NCBI GenBank assembly: GCA_002269645.1
Contig: NIVC01000236.1
Coordinates: 1-64,000 of the forward strand
Reading direction: 5' to 3'
DNA length: 64,000 nt
Origin: Macrostomum lignano
Taxonomy: Eukaryota
The notes below the pieces were generated by a model. It was not told where the DNA came from. It searched no databases and was given only the letters and a program-made list of their open reading frames with translations. The translations under genes and the position numbers were made by a program. Positions 1 to 10,335 of the stretch are shown piece after piece (positions within the stretch are counted from its first letter, which is position 1; every line of letters begins with the position of its first letter).

Positions 1-430
1 GGATGTTGCTTAGTTGAGATCGCGGTGTAGGATGTTGCAACTGTGCAGGTAACGCAGGCCGGTAATTAACTGGGTGAAGTAGTAGGCAGCCAGGTCTAAC
101 GACAGGCAGGTTAGGTGGACAATCATATCAGCCAGAGACTTTTTTGTTGCAGTATTCCAGCACAAAGTATATGAAGTCGTCGTAAACAAAGTTGGCGTAC
201 AATTCGACCACGTTGCGATGCCTTAGCCGACTGTGGATGTCGACCTCGTACTGCAGTAGGCTCTTTTGAGGCCTGCTGGATCATGCGCAAGCTGATCTTC
301 TTCACTGCCACTACCCTCTCAGCGCTGTCACCGGCGGTCTCTCAATCGCCTTGTAGCATGACGCCGAATCCACCCTTGCCCAGGCAGGGCCGATGTCGTA
401 AGCAATGTCTTCCCGGTGCACTGTAAGTCG
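1..430 (-). pseudogene. Frameshifted Ser/Thr protein kinase (polo-like/PLK-type catalytic domain, subdomains I-VIb), truncated by window edge
   Basis: Joining minus-strand frames gives LGKGGFGV..., VVAVKKIS, LLQYEVDIHSRLRHRNVVELYANFVYDDFIYFVLEYCNKK/SLADMI..., YYFTQLITGLRYLHSCNILHRDL(K)LSNI. This needs one in-frame TGA plus at least 3 single-base indels (near 262, 140 and 12). Confidence 0.8.
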
Positions 431-3400
431 TCATTGCGCTGATCTCATTGTTTTGCCGGGGCGCCGCCGTTAGGGTGAATCTCCGTCACCCCTGCCCGTG
501 TTTTTTTCTGCAAACCTGTCCCTCTCCGCTTTTACGCGTCCTCTAACGATACAAGACCGGCGCTGCAGAAGCAGGTTGAAAGGAAGAGTAGCTGAATTGC
601 GTGAGGCAGGGCCGCAAAATATAGGCCAGTTAGGCAAGCCGTACATTCATCTCGCGCTGCTCTGGCTGGGGTGGTTAGTAGAGCGGCGAGGAAACTCCAT
701 TGGCTGCACGGTTGAGCCATGGTCTCCCTCATAATTCTCCTTTCTCTTTTAACCTCTCTCTCCTTTACTTTCCTTCTTGTCCGTATAGAATTTCTTCCTC
801 TCTCTTCCCCTACTTTCGTCTTCAACCTCAGAAGCTTCCTTCGCTCTTCTATTTTTTCCACGTGTCAACTGCACTGCAGCAGCAGCTCCATTAGATTTCC
901 CCATTCTCCGATGGGACAGGCGGATCTCTACTGACGTAGATATGTGCGTAAATATGTAGTTGCGGTAGCCGCAAACGCCGCCCCTTCTTGCCGCCACTCG
1001 CGTGTCCTCTCTTTAAGTTCTTCATCCCAGCGGGTCTCTTGTTGAAGCTGAAGAAGAACGGAGCGGGAGCGGGTAGGGGGGGAATGGGGAACCAGAGCTT
1101 GTCCAAGGTTCTTTGCTGCCTGTGGCGGCGCCATCTAGGCAGTCTATTAAACCGATCCGGTCCCGCAGGCTTATCTCCCTCGTTTGTCCTCCTCGTCCCC
1201 TCGGCTCCCGGGCCTGCAGGCCAAATCGGCTGACACGAAGATCCTGACTGACGCGGCTCCATAGGCCCGAGTCTCTCGCTTAACCTCTCTACCCGATTTG
1301 GCCCACGTCCGTTCAAAGGCAATTGCTTTCACTCTCGCTGACACCACCAGCTAGGGGAGCCCCAGCTCTCTGCCACAGCTGGCCGAGTGTTCAGTACGCC
1401 TGCAGTGGCCGCGGGCGAAACGAGGCAAGTGTGCCGGGATTATGGCAGTTGTTTGGATAAAATCGCTTCACTCAGCAGTATTTTTGTCCTCAGAGATTAG
1501 CCCATCAAATATTTTTACCCCCGGTCATGGACTTCCCGCTTCATCAATTTTTATCTCCTAGATTTTATTTTCGCTTTTCTTTCGGGCTACCGATGCGATG
1601 GCGAATCCTTCCAGCCTTTTTTATTTGCTTCCGTTTTACCATTTTCCCTTCTCCCTCTCTCTCGCTCGCCCACTCGCACTTTTCCCAGCCGCCAGGGTTC
1701 TCTGCTGTTCAGTCTACACGCGCCTTATCTGCCGCGATCCGTCGGGGGTCGGGAGGATTATCGAATGCAGGATTCGGGTCGCTGCTCTGGAATCCAATCC
1801 GTCCGCAAACCTGCGTGAAATCTCCCATTTACTCGCAGCGTCTTGCTGACTGCTAAGTCGGCAGCCACTTTAACAGGGCCAGTCAGTGACAGTCGCAGAT
1901 ACGTAAATTTTTTTGCGGCATCAGATGGGAGCAGCGCAGTGGGCGTGGCTCTCTGCAATCGTGCTGTAGCGGCGACCGAATCGATGCGAGATGCGCGGCG
2001 AACCGGCTGCGCTTCTTTTTTGTTGGCTGTGCACGAATTGTCCGACTTTCTGCGCTGCTCCCGTGCTGCCCGAGGGTGGGAAAACGGATAAATCGATCCT
2101 TGTGCATAGCGCCTGGTGAGGACAGACGTCAGAGCTCAAAGAGAGGCTTCTCTATCGTTGCCCGGCCTGTGTGTCTCAAGCATCCGCATGCAGCGTTTCT
2201 GGTCAATGCTTTGCCTTGTACTCACGCGAGGGCAACGTCATGCAGCTCAACTCTGAGGCAGGAAATTTGCTAGGTAGTAGGATGTGATGCTTCTGGGAGT
2301 GGCTGCCCACACAGTCTGCACTAATGTTCCACGAGCGCGCAGGCTAAGGTCGGGGGGGGATCTGAGGAAGGCGTCGAACTATTTTCGACAGAAACCAGAT
2401 CTGCCCCTTCGTCTCCTTCTATCTAGGCGCACGATTCCTGGTTTTTCCCTACCCGCAGAAGCCACATGGTGAAGAGTCTGGTCCGCATAAATAATAAATA
2501 ATAGTTTGTTTACAATCCCGCCTCTCTCTGTCTCTCTCTCGATGGCGGCAGGCGGAGCGAGGGGGAGGAGGCTGGGGACTGGGGGCAGGCGAGCTGCACG
2601 GGAAGAGTTAAGAGAGCGTAAGGCAGTAGCGGCGGGTTAAGGGGAATGAGTGTATTGATTGATGGATTAAATTGATTTTGTTTATTACGTTTTCGCCCAC
2701 GTGTCCCGGCGCGGTTTTGCAAAGCTTTCCGGGAATCCAAGTTTTCCCTGGGACTCTGTTGACCACCGGGTGTTCAAATAGAAGTGGCTTATCCTTGTTG
2801 AATTTTATTCCAGTGGGCTACCGCTTTGTTACAAAAGTGCTGCCTGAACTCGAATTGGTGAATGTGCAGGACAGACTTTCTGGCAAAACGCGGCCGCATG
2901 TAAGAGATGCAAATTTCCTACTGAATTTCTAGTTCGTTACCGCGTGTCTTCTGTCAGAGGCGAAGATGCTCGGAGGCGAGAAGAAGAGGCGAGGATTCTC
3001 GTCGAATTTCGAACCGGATGCAGCTGTCATCGCTGAGTCTGGCTCTACTCTTGCATTTTTTACTAGGGCTCTGCTGCTAGTGCGCACTTCGATGCGGGAT
3101 GCTGAGATGCCGTCTCTCGTCTGCTGACATTGTCAGAGAAAATTAGAAAGAAAAAATTATCATTGGCAGGCAGGAGAGCAGTCAGATCAGGGCAGTCTCA
3201 CGGCCGGCAGTTCGCACCGATTCTTCCCGGTTGTTCGGGGGTTCTTGAAACTGGAGAAGAAGAGCCTTCGTGTTAAAAAATCGTGCCTCACAGGGCGAGA
3301 CGGGAATGGGGAGCTTGCTGCCTGAGCTGCTCTGGGAGCTGTTCCGGGTGGGAACTCTGGCATGTGCTCAACAGGCTTAGCAGGGAAAGCGAAAAATTCG

Positions 3401-4375
3401 CCCCGAGATTTACTAAGCCAGAATTTTTCTTTCCTTTTGTCGCCTCGACAGTTTCTTTCATTTTTCATTTTTTCTCCTCGGGTTCGGAGAGAGGTAGCGC
3501 TGCACCTCAGCCGAGTTGCTCAGACGCAAACACCGAGCTCAATGGAGCTGAAAGATAGCGAGTGAAAGCGACTCCAAGTCTGTCGTCCCAGCCTCCTCTC
3601 CATCGCTGAAGCGAGGAGAAGCTGCGCCGACCAATCTGCCGGGGTTCCCCAGGGGGAAGGAGAAAGGGATGAGGAGGAGAAGGGGAGCAGCAAGCGCTGT
3701 AGAGGCCTTAGGCCCTAGGAGAGGGGATTAAAAGGGAAAAGGGGGCACAGGAGGAAGCCGTGTAGTTAAGGAGAATATCGAAGACCATCGATGGGGTCTG
3801 TGGCACTTTGTGGCATTCTTCGGCATAGGGGGATGGAGATCAATTAGGCAAGTTATGCTGATGGCACAGATAGCCGGTCAAGGACGCGGGACGAGAGCAA
3901 GGCAGGGGGAGAGAGAGGGAGCAGTGCCAAAGTTTAAATGCATTCGGGCCCCGCTTTGCCCAGTCTCCCCAGCCGATTGAATGGCTGGCTGGTTTCAGCT
4001 TGCGGCTGTGAAATCTGATCCGGGCATGCGGCAGCTCATCAGTGCCCTGCTTTGCCGGTATGATAATCGATTCAAGCCAGCTCAACCTGGGCTTAATGCT
4101 AGCAGCATACTGCTTTGGCTTCTATTGACTGGCTTGAATTCTTTTAGAGCCGAGCAGCCCCGACTCCAACCGAGACTGGCATCCTGCCACAAGTGCACAT
4201 ATATATTCCCTCTCCCGAGAGCATATTATGACTTTCAGTGTTTAATTTTGTTTTAATTTACTACTGCTATTCTACTATGAGTAGCGACAATCGAATATGC
4301 TAGTTTTAATTCAAAGCAATTAACGATTATTTCCTATTTTTACACGTGTCGATGGCTATGGATTCAAAGCTGTTC

Positions 4376-4741
4376 CAGATCCTCAGACTGAGCCGACACC
4401 CTCCCAGATCCTCAGACTGAGCCGACACCCTCCCAGATCTTCAGACTGAGCCGACACCCTCCCAGATCTTCAGACTGAGCCGACACCCTCCCAGATCCTC
4501 AGACTGAGCCGACACCCTCCCAGATCTTCAGACTGAGCCGACACCCTCCCAGATCCTCAGACTGAGCCGACACCCTCCCAGATCCTCAGACTGAGCCGAC
4601 ACCCTCCCAGATCTTCAGACTGAGCCGACACCCTCCCAGATCCTCAGACTGAGCCGACACCCTCCCAGATCCTCAGACTGAGCCGACACCCTCCCAGATC
4701 CTCAGACTGAGCCGACACCCTCCCAGATCTTCAGACTGAGC
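4376..4741. repeat. 29-bp minisatellite (CAGATCCTCAGACTGAGCCGACACCCTCC), about 12.5 copies
   Basis: Near-perfect tandem copies read directly. Confidence 0.95.
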
Positions 4742-4743
4742 CT

Positions 4744-5036
4744 GTAGCCGGGTTGCAGCCTAGTGGTCAGAGCGTCGAAGTCACGACTGAAAGGTCGGGG
4801 GTTCGATTCTCGAGCTACCCGGAACAATTTGTGTCCTAGAGCAAGACACTTGCTTCAGTTCACCCAGCTGTAAAATAGGTGCCAGCACTAGCTGGGTAAT
4901 TGAAGGTGTGTAGCGACCCTCCAGTCCTTGGACTGAACAGCCGTACGCAGCCTTCAGATTCGCCGCGCAATAGCTACGGCTGACCTGCCCATTAGGACAG
5001 GTGTAATCAATTATTGTTATTGTTATTACTATTATT
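4744..5036 (+). mobile_element. tRNA-derived SINE with a Deu/Nin-like central domain
   Basis: Pol III A-box-like GCCTAGTGGTCAGAGC and B-box GGTTCGATTC, followed by TGTGTCCTAGAGCAAGACACTT and TTCACCCAGCTGTAAAATAGGTGCC (resembling conserved SINE superfamily cores from recall), ending in a (TTA/TTG)n tail. Confidence 0.7.
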
Positions 5037-5081
5037 ATATGTTAGAAATTGAGCGCCAAAGCGGATAAAATCCGTGAATTC

Positions 5082-5972
5082 ATGTCGAGCCCGGAAGAAG
5101 AGGTTGCGGCTGTGCGCGCCATATTCCCGGACTTGCTGGCTGCGGACCCGGACGCGGATGCGGACTCTGCCACGGCCGGCCGCGCCGTTTGCAGTAGCCG
5201 ATCGCTCCGCCTGGCTGTCTTCTTGCGGCGGCGTCGTCTGCGGTGCTGCGCCGAACTGGACGCTGGCGCGCCGGGCTACCCGGACTCGGCCGGGCCGGGG
5301 ATTCGCGTCCGCTTCGAATCGCTTGACCTCTCCGGCCGAGATTGCTCAACGAAGCAGCTTGAGGAGCTGGTGACAAGTTCGCTAGCTGCGTCGGCAGAAT
5401 CTTTGGCTGGCGCGCCGGCTCTCATGCAGCTGGTGCAGGTCCTTGTCGACCTGCTTGACGAGCTCGAGTCCGATTGCGCCTCACCCAGCGGCGAGTCTCA
5501 AACTGGGAGTCCTGCGGCAGTTGATGCTCAAGGTGTCCCTGCTTCCACAGACTGCAGTCAAGATGCCACTGCGTGGCGGTGTGTCCTGGTCCATCTGGAG
5601 CACATGCGCAGTCGAAAAATCTACCTCTCTCACCTGCGCAGCTGGACAGACAGCTTAGGGGCCGGCTTCAGGTGTCGGGTTCTCCTACACGACTGCCGAT
5701 CGAGCATCGCCGCCCACCTGCTGCTGGCCGGACCGGCCGCCCGCGTGGCAGAATTCCTTCGACGACTGCGCACTGAGCGCGTCGACATCGACTCGCGCGG
5801 GCGTCCATGTCGGGAGCGCCTGATGTCGGTGCTGCACGACGAGAGCGCCGGTCGGCGGGACGCATCTGACGCCAGCGGATTCAAGACTCTGACCTGCTGC
5901 CAGCCGGACTCTGTGCGGGTGGAGATGACTCAGCACGGCTGCGCTGACTGGCTGCCCTCTGTTCTGCACTGA
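5082..5972 (+). CDS. RWDD3: RWD domain-containing protein 3 (RSUME)-like, intronless, 296 aa
   Basis: First ATG at 5082 within the 5049 ORF. N-terminal RWD-like region (EEVAAVRAIFP...GYP). C-terminal LVHLEHMRSRKIY...LRTERVDIDSRGRPCRERLMSVL resembles the RWDD3 motif LLHLDHMRAKTKY...VDVDSSGKKCKEKMISVL (recalled). Confidence 0.8.
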   Translation: MSSPEEEVAAVRAIFPDLLAADPDADADSATAGRAVCSSRSLRLAVFLRRRRLRCCAELDAGAPGYPDSAGPGIRVRFESLDLSGRDCSTKQLEELVTSSLAASAESLAGAPALMQLVQVLVDLLDELESDCASPSGESQTGSPAAVDAQGVPASTDCSQDATAWRCVLVHLEHMRSRKIYLSHLRSWTDSLGAGFRCRVLLHDCRSSIAAHLLLAGPAARVAEFLRRLRTERVDIDSRGRPCRERLMSVLHDESAGRRDASDASGFKTLTCCQPDSVRVEMTQHGCADWLPSVLH

Positions 5973-6405
5973 GAGCCTGTTGTCTGCACTGAGAGCCTGT
6001 TGTCTGCACTGAGAGCCTGTTGTCTGCAACTGAGAGCCTGTTGTCTGCACTGAGAGCCTGTTGTCTGCAACTGAGAGCCTGTTGTCTGCAACTGAGAGCC
6101 TGTTGTCTGCACTGAGAGCCTGTTGTCTGCAACTGAGAGCCTGTTGTCTGCAACTGAGAGCCTGTTGTCTGCAACTGAGAGCCTGTTGTCTGCACTGAGA
6201 GCCTGTTGTCTGCAACTGAGAGCCTGTTGTCTGCAACTGAGAGCCTGTTGTCTGCAACTGAGAGCCTGTTGTCTGCACTGAGAGCCTGTTGTCTGCAACT
6301 GAGAGCCTGTTGTCTGCAACTGAGAGCCTGTTGTCTGCACTGAGAGCCTGTTGTCTGCACTGAGAGCCTGTTGTCTGCACTGAGAGCCTGTTGTCTGCAA
6401 CTGAG
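5962..6405. repeat. 20/21-bp minisatellite (CTGCA[A]CTGAGAGCCTGTTGT), about 21 copies, starting on the RWDD3 stop codon
   Basis: The first unit overlaps CTG CAC TGA, the last codons of the CDS. Confidence 0.95.
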
Positions 6406-8582
6406 ATTGGCTCCAATCCAAGGATACATGTTGAATAGATAGAGCTCGATGGCGGAATTCTTTGCTGAGTGACTGGCAATGCGATCTAATTGACTCTGGC
6501 TAAGTTTGTCAAGCTCAATGTAGTTATTCACTAACCTGTGAAACTGCCTGTCACTTTGCATTTCAAGTCTTCGATTCAATCTACATGCAGTTCACTGTTG
6601 TTTACAGTGCAGCCCGCCTGTTTGCATGAAAATCGGCATCTGGAGCAGGTGCATGAAAAACACAATTAAAATGTTTAAGATTGGCATTTTAAATCTCTTG
6701 CGTACGACACGTTTGAGAAATTGCTTGAGCAGGAGGAAATTGCCAGAGGCAAACTATCAGTTATTTTGGGATGCGGGTGCGCACCCGATCCAAGCACTGA
6801 GCCTGGAAGTTAATTTTTATAATTGAAGCTAAGCTGTTTGTCCTGCAGAAAAGATTTCGCGTGTTTTTTGTCAGTTTCCGGCCAAACCAACTGCCCTACA
6901 CGGAGAAGGGTCTCGATGTAGAGCTGAGCTGTTGACTAATAGTCCCAATACTGCCATAAGTACTCTCAGTCAGACATTTTGTCAAATAAACCATCATGAT
7001 TTACAAACAACGGTTTATAAAACTATTTTCAGTCCGGATCTTTTTGTACATTTTTTGCTGGTTTACTATTGTGCCGGCATGCCAGTTCCTCAGGGCTTCT
7101 GCAGGAAGCATCGGGAAATTTTCCGTGATCTGAATTGGTTTTTCAAAACTTCACGCGGCTAAGGCGTGCAAGTCAACAGTGCTGTCAGCTGTGTCGGCTG
7201 GCTTTATTTTCAAATTCGCTTACTTGCGAGTACTTCCTGTCTTCATCCGAGACTCCAGAACCTCAGCCCATTGTTCTGTTTTGATTTTCTAAGACCGGTA
7301 CGCAGACAAGAAGACTATAGAGAGATTGAGTTGGCTGCAGTGTTGTCAAGCAGCCCTGCTGCATCTAGCGTAAGGCAGCTCTCTGTCCATGGAAAGCTGA
7401 GCAACTTGGCTGCGGTGCGGGAACTGAGGTTGACCAAAGGTTGAAAAGGCCGGTCCTACTGAGCATTCAGTTTGGACAGATTTTGAGGAGTTCTTGAAAA
7501 CTTGACAATTTTATGAAAGGATGGTGGAAAGCGCCGATGCATGACATTCAAATCCCATGTCGAGCTTGTTAGGGTGAAAGTGAGAGGCATTTCTGAAACT
7601 AAAATGATTATCTAGTGAGCTGGAACACGGAGTTGCAGAACTATTGCGTGCTGAAAGGATGAGGCCGGATATGAGCTGGGGTAGAGCAGCACCAGAGCTG
7701 CATTAAGATTGATGTCTGCAGCTAATTCAGCAACGCTGGGGTGCATTAGATGATGATGAACTCTTCCTTCGAAATCGACCGCTCACAGGCTCCTGCTCGC
7801 ACTCGACTCGGATCATTCAAACTCAGCTTAGGAAATTTCGAGAGTACTCAGGTACAGGTCAATGATAGCTTTCTAAAGATTAGGTCAACAACGATATGAA
7901 AAATGAGATTGTAAGCATTGTCTACATTTAGTTATTTAGACAAGTCTAGGAGCGTAGGAACAGCTACCTACCATTGTAGTTTTGTCGTGCTTATGCCGCC
8001 CCCGAGTTTCCCAAACCGTGTATCTGAAGTATCCACTTCATTAATCTTGTGCTCCGCAGCGATGCGCTCTCTTCTCAGGTCTAATAATATAATTATTGAC
8101 CAGATGACATTTCAGTGACTGATAAGCATGCAAGGTATTCCAGATGCGTTGTCTTGCCCATTCGCTTTAAGGTAGCCGCGCAGTTCAGAGGCCGCTCAGC
8201 CAATCATGGCTCGAGTCTCCATCACGAGTTTGAGTCGTGATGGATTTGTCCGTCGCTTCCCCGACCTAGCCAGTCTCTGGAACTTGCTCATCACCCGCCC
8301 GAATTACCGGCTTATTATAAGTCCGAGTGAAGAGATTAAGACACCTGGTTTGCCTCCCAGTCTCCCAGCAGCAAACGGAGCCTTGCAGCTGAAAGTCTGA
8401 CAGAACAGAGGAGTCAGTGCAGCTCGGACTCGCCTACCAAAGGTCAGTTGCAGCAACTGCGCCTACGCTGCGATTTCTCACCCACACAGCTGAACTGACT
8501 CTCAGTGCGGTTCCCGAAAGAGAGGCTCTCAACTCAATCAGTAAGGCCACTGCTCACTAGAAGGAGCTCAAGAAACACAAAC

Positions 8583-9803
8583 ATGCCGACGGCTACGCCT
8601 GCCAACGCCACTCCGGCCGGCTGGGAAGATCGGGACCACTACAAGACCTTTGCTGATGTGTCGCAGCTGGTGACGGCTCTGGCGCTGTACCCCGTTGTCT
8701 GCCTGGTGGGCGCGGCAGGCAGCTGCCTCAGCATCGCGGTGTTCAACAGGCGGCAGATGCGCAACAGCACCAATGCGTTCCTTACCGCGCTGGCCATCGC
8801 CGACCTGCTGAAGCTGCTCAACGATTTCCTTTACTTCCCCGCCACCCTGGCGGGTCGTTGCGGCGTCGGCGCCTTTGCCGCTCGAGTCTATCCGGGTGCC
8901 TACTTCATGTCGCAGTATTCGGCCGGATGCGCCGCCTGGCTAACGGTTGCCGTGGCAACCGAGCGCTGGCTGATGGTGACGCAGCCCGGCTGGAGCCGCA
9001 GCGGCCTCACGGTGCAAAAAGCCCGTCTATCGGCGGCCGCTGTGTTTCTGGCGGTGCTGGTCGCCACCGCGCCCCACCTGCTGCGCTACGAAGCTGGCTG
9101 CAATCCGAGCCGAGCGTCGGACGACTCCAGAAACGGGACCGCCGTCTCCTCAGCCCCCGCCAACTGCACGCTGGTGCCGCAGCCGAGTCAGCTGTGGCTC
9201 CGCCTCGGCTCCAAGGCCCAGCTGTACGGCCGGGTGCACAGCTGCCTGCGCTCGCTCGTCCCTCTGCTGCTGCTGGCAATCCTCAACACACACATCGCCC
9301 TGTCACTGCGGGTCATCCGAGCCAACAGGCGGAAGCCGCCTGCGGCCAGAGGCCGGGCTACCAGATCTCTGGTAGCAGTGATCCTGTGCGCCATCGTGCT
9401 GACCGCCCCGGACTCGCTGCTGTCCGCACTGGGCTGGGGCTACACCGAGGCCGGCACCAGCTTCCGGCGGGGAGTTCGCGAGATCTCCGACCTGCTGCTC
9501 ACCGTCAACTCGGCGGCCAACTTTTTCCTCTACGCGGCTCTGAACAGCGCCTTCAGGCGAAACCTGGTGGCCTTCTGCGCCGTCCAGCGGCAGCGCTGGC
9601 TCCTTCACCGCCGAACTGCTCTGGGCCAGCTGGCGCGCTCAGCGCGGGTCCTGGCGCCCCCGCAGCCGGTGCTGCAGCTGTCGGCTTTGAAGCCTCGGCG
9701 CAGGCCCGGAAAGCTTGACAACGATGTGGAAGTCAGCGACGAGGAGCGCCACAGCCTGCGAGTCGTGTCCCCGCTGGTGCACCGCGAGAACTCGCAGCTG
9801 TGA
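8583..9803 (+). CDS. Rhodopsin-like (class A) GPCR, FMRFamide/peptide-receptor-like, intronless, 406 aa
   Basis: Seven hydrophobic segments. TM2 LAIADLL, TM3 end TERW (DRY position), TM7 NSAANFFLY, helix 8 NSAFRRNL. First ATG at 8583; the 8505 start is GTG. Confidence 0.9.
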   Translation: MPTATPANATPAGWEDRDHYKTFADVSQLVTALALYPVVCLVGAAGSCLSIAVFNRRQMRNSTNAFLTALAIADLLKLLNDFLYFPATLAGRCGVGAFAARVYPGAYFMSQYSAGCAAWLTVAVATERWLMVTQPGWSRSGLTVQKARLSAAAVFLAVLVATAPHLLRYEAGCNPSRASDDSRNGTAVSSAPANCTLVPQPSQLWLRLGSKAQLYGRVHSCLRSLVPLLLLAILNTHIALSLRVIRANRRKPPAARGRATRSLVAVILCAIVLTAPDSLLSALGWGYTEAGTSFRRGVREISDLLLTVNSAANFFLYAALNSAFRRNLVAFCAVQRQRWLLHRRTALGQLARSARVLAPPQPVLQLSALKPRRRPGKLDNDVEVSDEERHSLRVVSPLVHRENSQL

Positions 9804-10189
9804 CCGCCGATTCGATGGTCGCTGATCGGAGCTTCAACTACATATTTGTCTCGTGCTTATCCTTGTCTGTGTTAAACGTACCGGTTAACGATTTTTCATT
9901 CATTTCTGCCTGTTCGCCTATCCAATCAAATTAAAATCAGCAGGCAAGCGCAGCAATTCCAAGCCGTGCCCCCCTCCCAGCCCAGATTAATTGAAAGACA
10001 GGATTAGTTCGAATTCATAAATTTGAGATCTTTAATCCCCGTCGATCCGTCTGAAGCGAGCGGATAAAGTCACTCTTGAGTCTTCACTCTTTGAGTCCGG
10101 TTCAAATTAAAGCTAGTAGTCAATATAGTTTGAATCATATAAATATTAATTTGAGCAATCGTATACCCGCGTAGCTACTGACTATTCGT

Positions 10190-10335
10190 GTACGTGTACT
10201 CTACGGGTGCGCATGTACTCTACGGGTGCGCGTGTACTCTATGGGTGCGCGTGTACTCTACAGGTGCGCGTGTACTTTACGGGTACGCGTGTACTCTACA
10301 GGTGTGCGTGTACTCTACGGGCGCGTGTACTCTTG
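10190..10335. repeat. About 20-bp minisatellite (GTGTACTCTACGGGTGCGC-like), about 7 copies
   Basis: Tandem copies read directly. Confidence 0.85.

Noticed and set aside
4376-4741. CRISPR-like appearance of regular 29-bp repeats (also other arrays)
   Set aside because: Repeats are head-to-tail with no unique spacers, there are no cas genes, and the context is eukaryotic.
4744-4822. Possible tRNA gene
   Set aside because: A and B boxes are present but the acceptor stem is poor and the sequence continues into a SINE core and tail; called a SINE head.
6410-8140. Protein-like minus-strand fragments (e.g. LDKLSQSQLDRIASHSAKNSAIELYLFN)
   Set aside because: No recognisable domain and no consistent exon chain; a decayed gene or element cannot be supported without a TBLASTX search.
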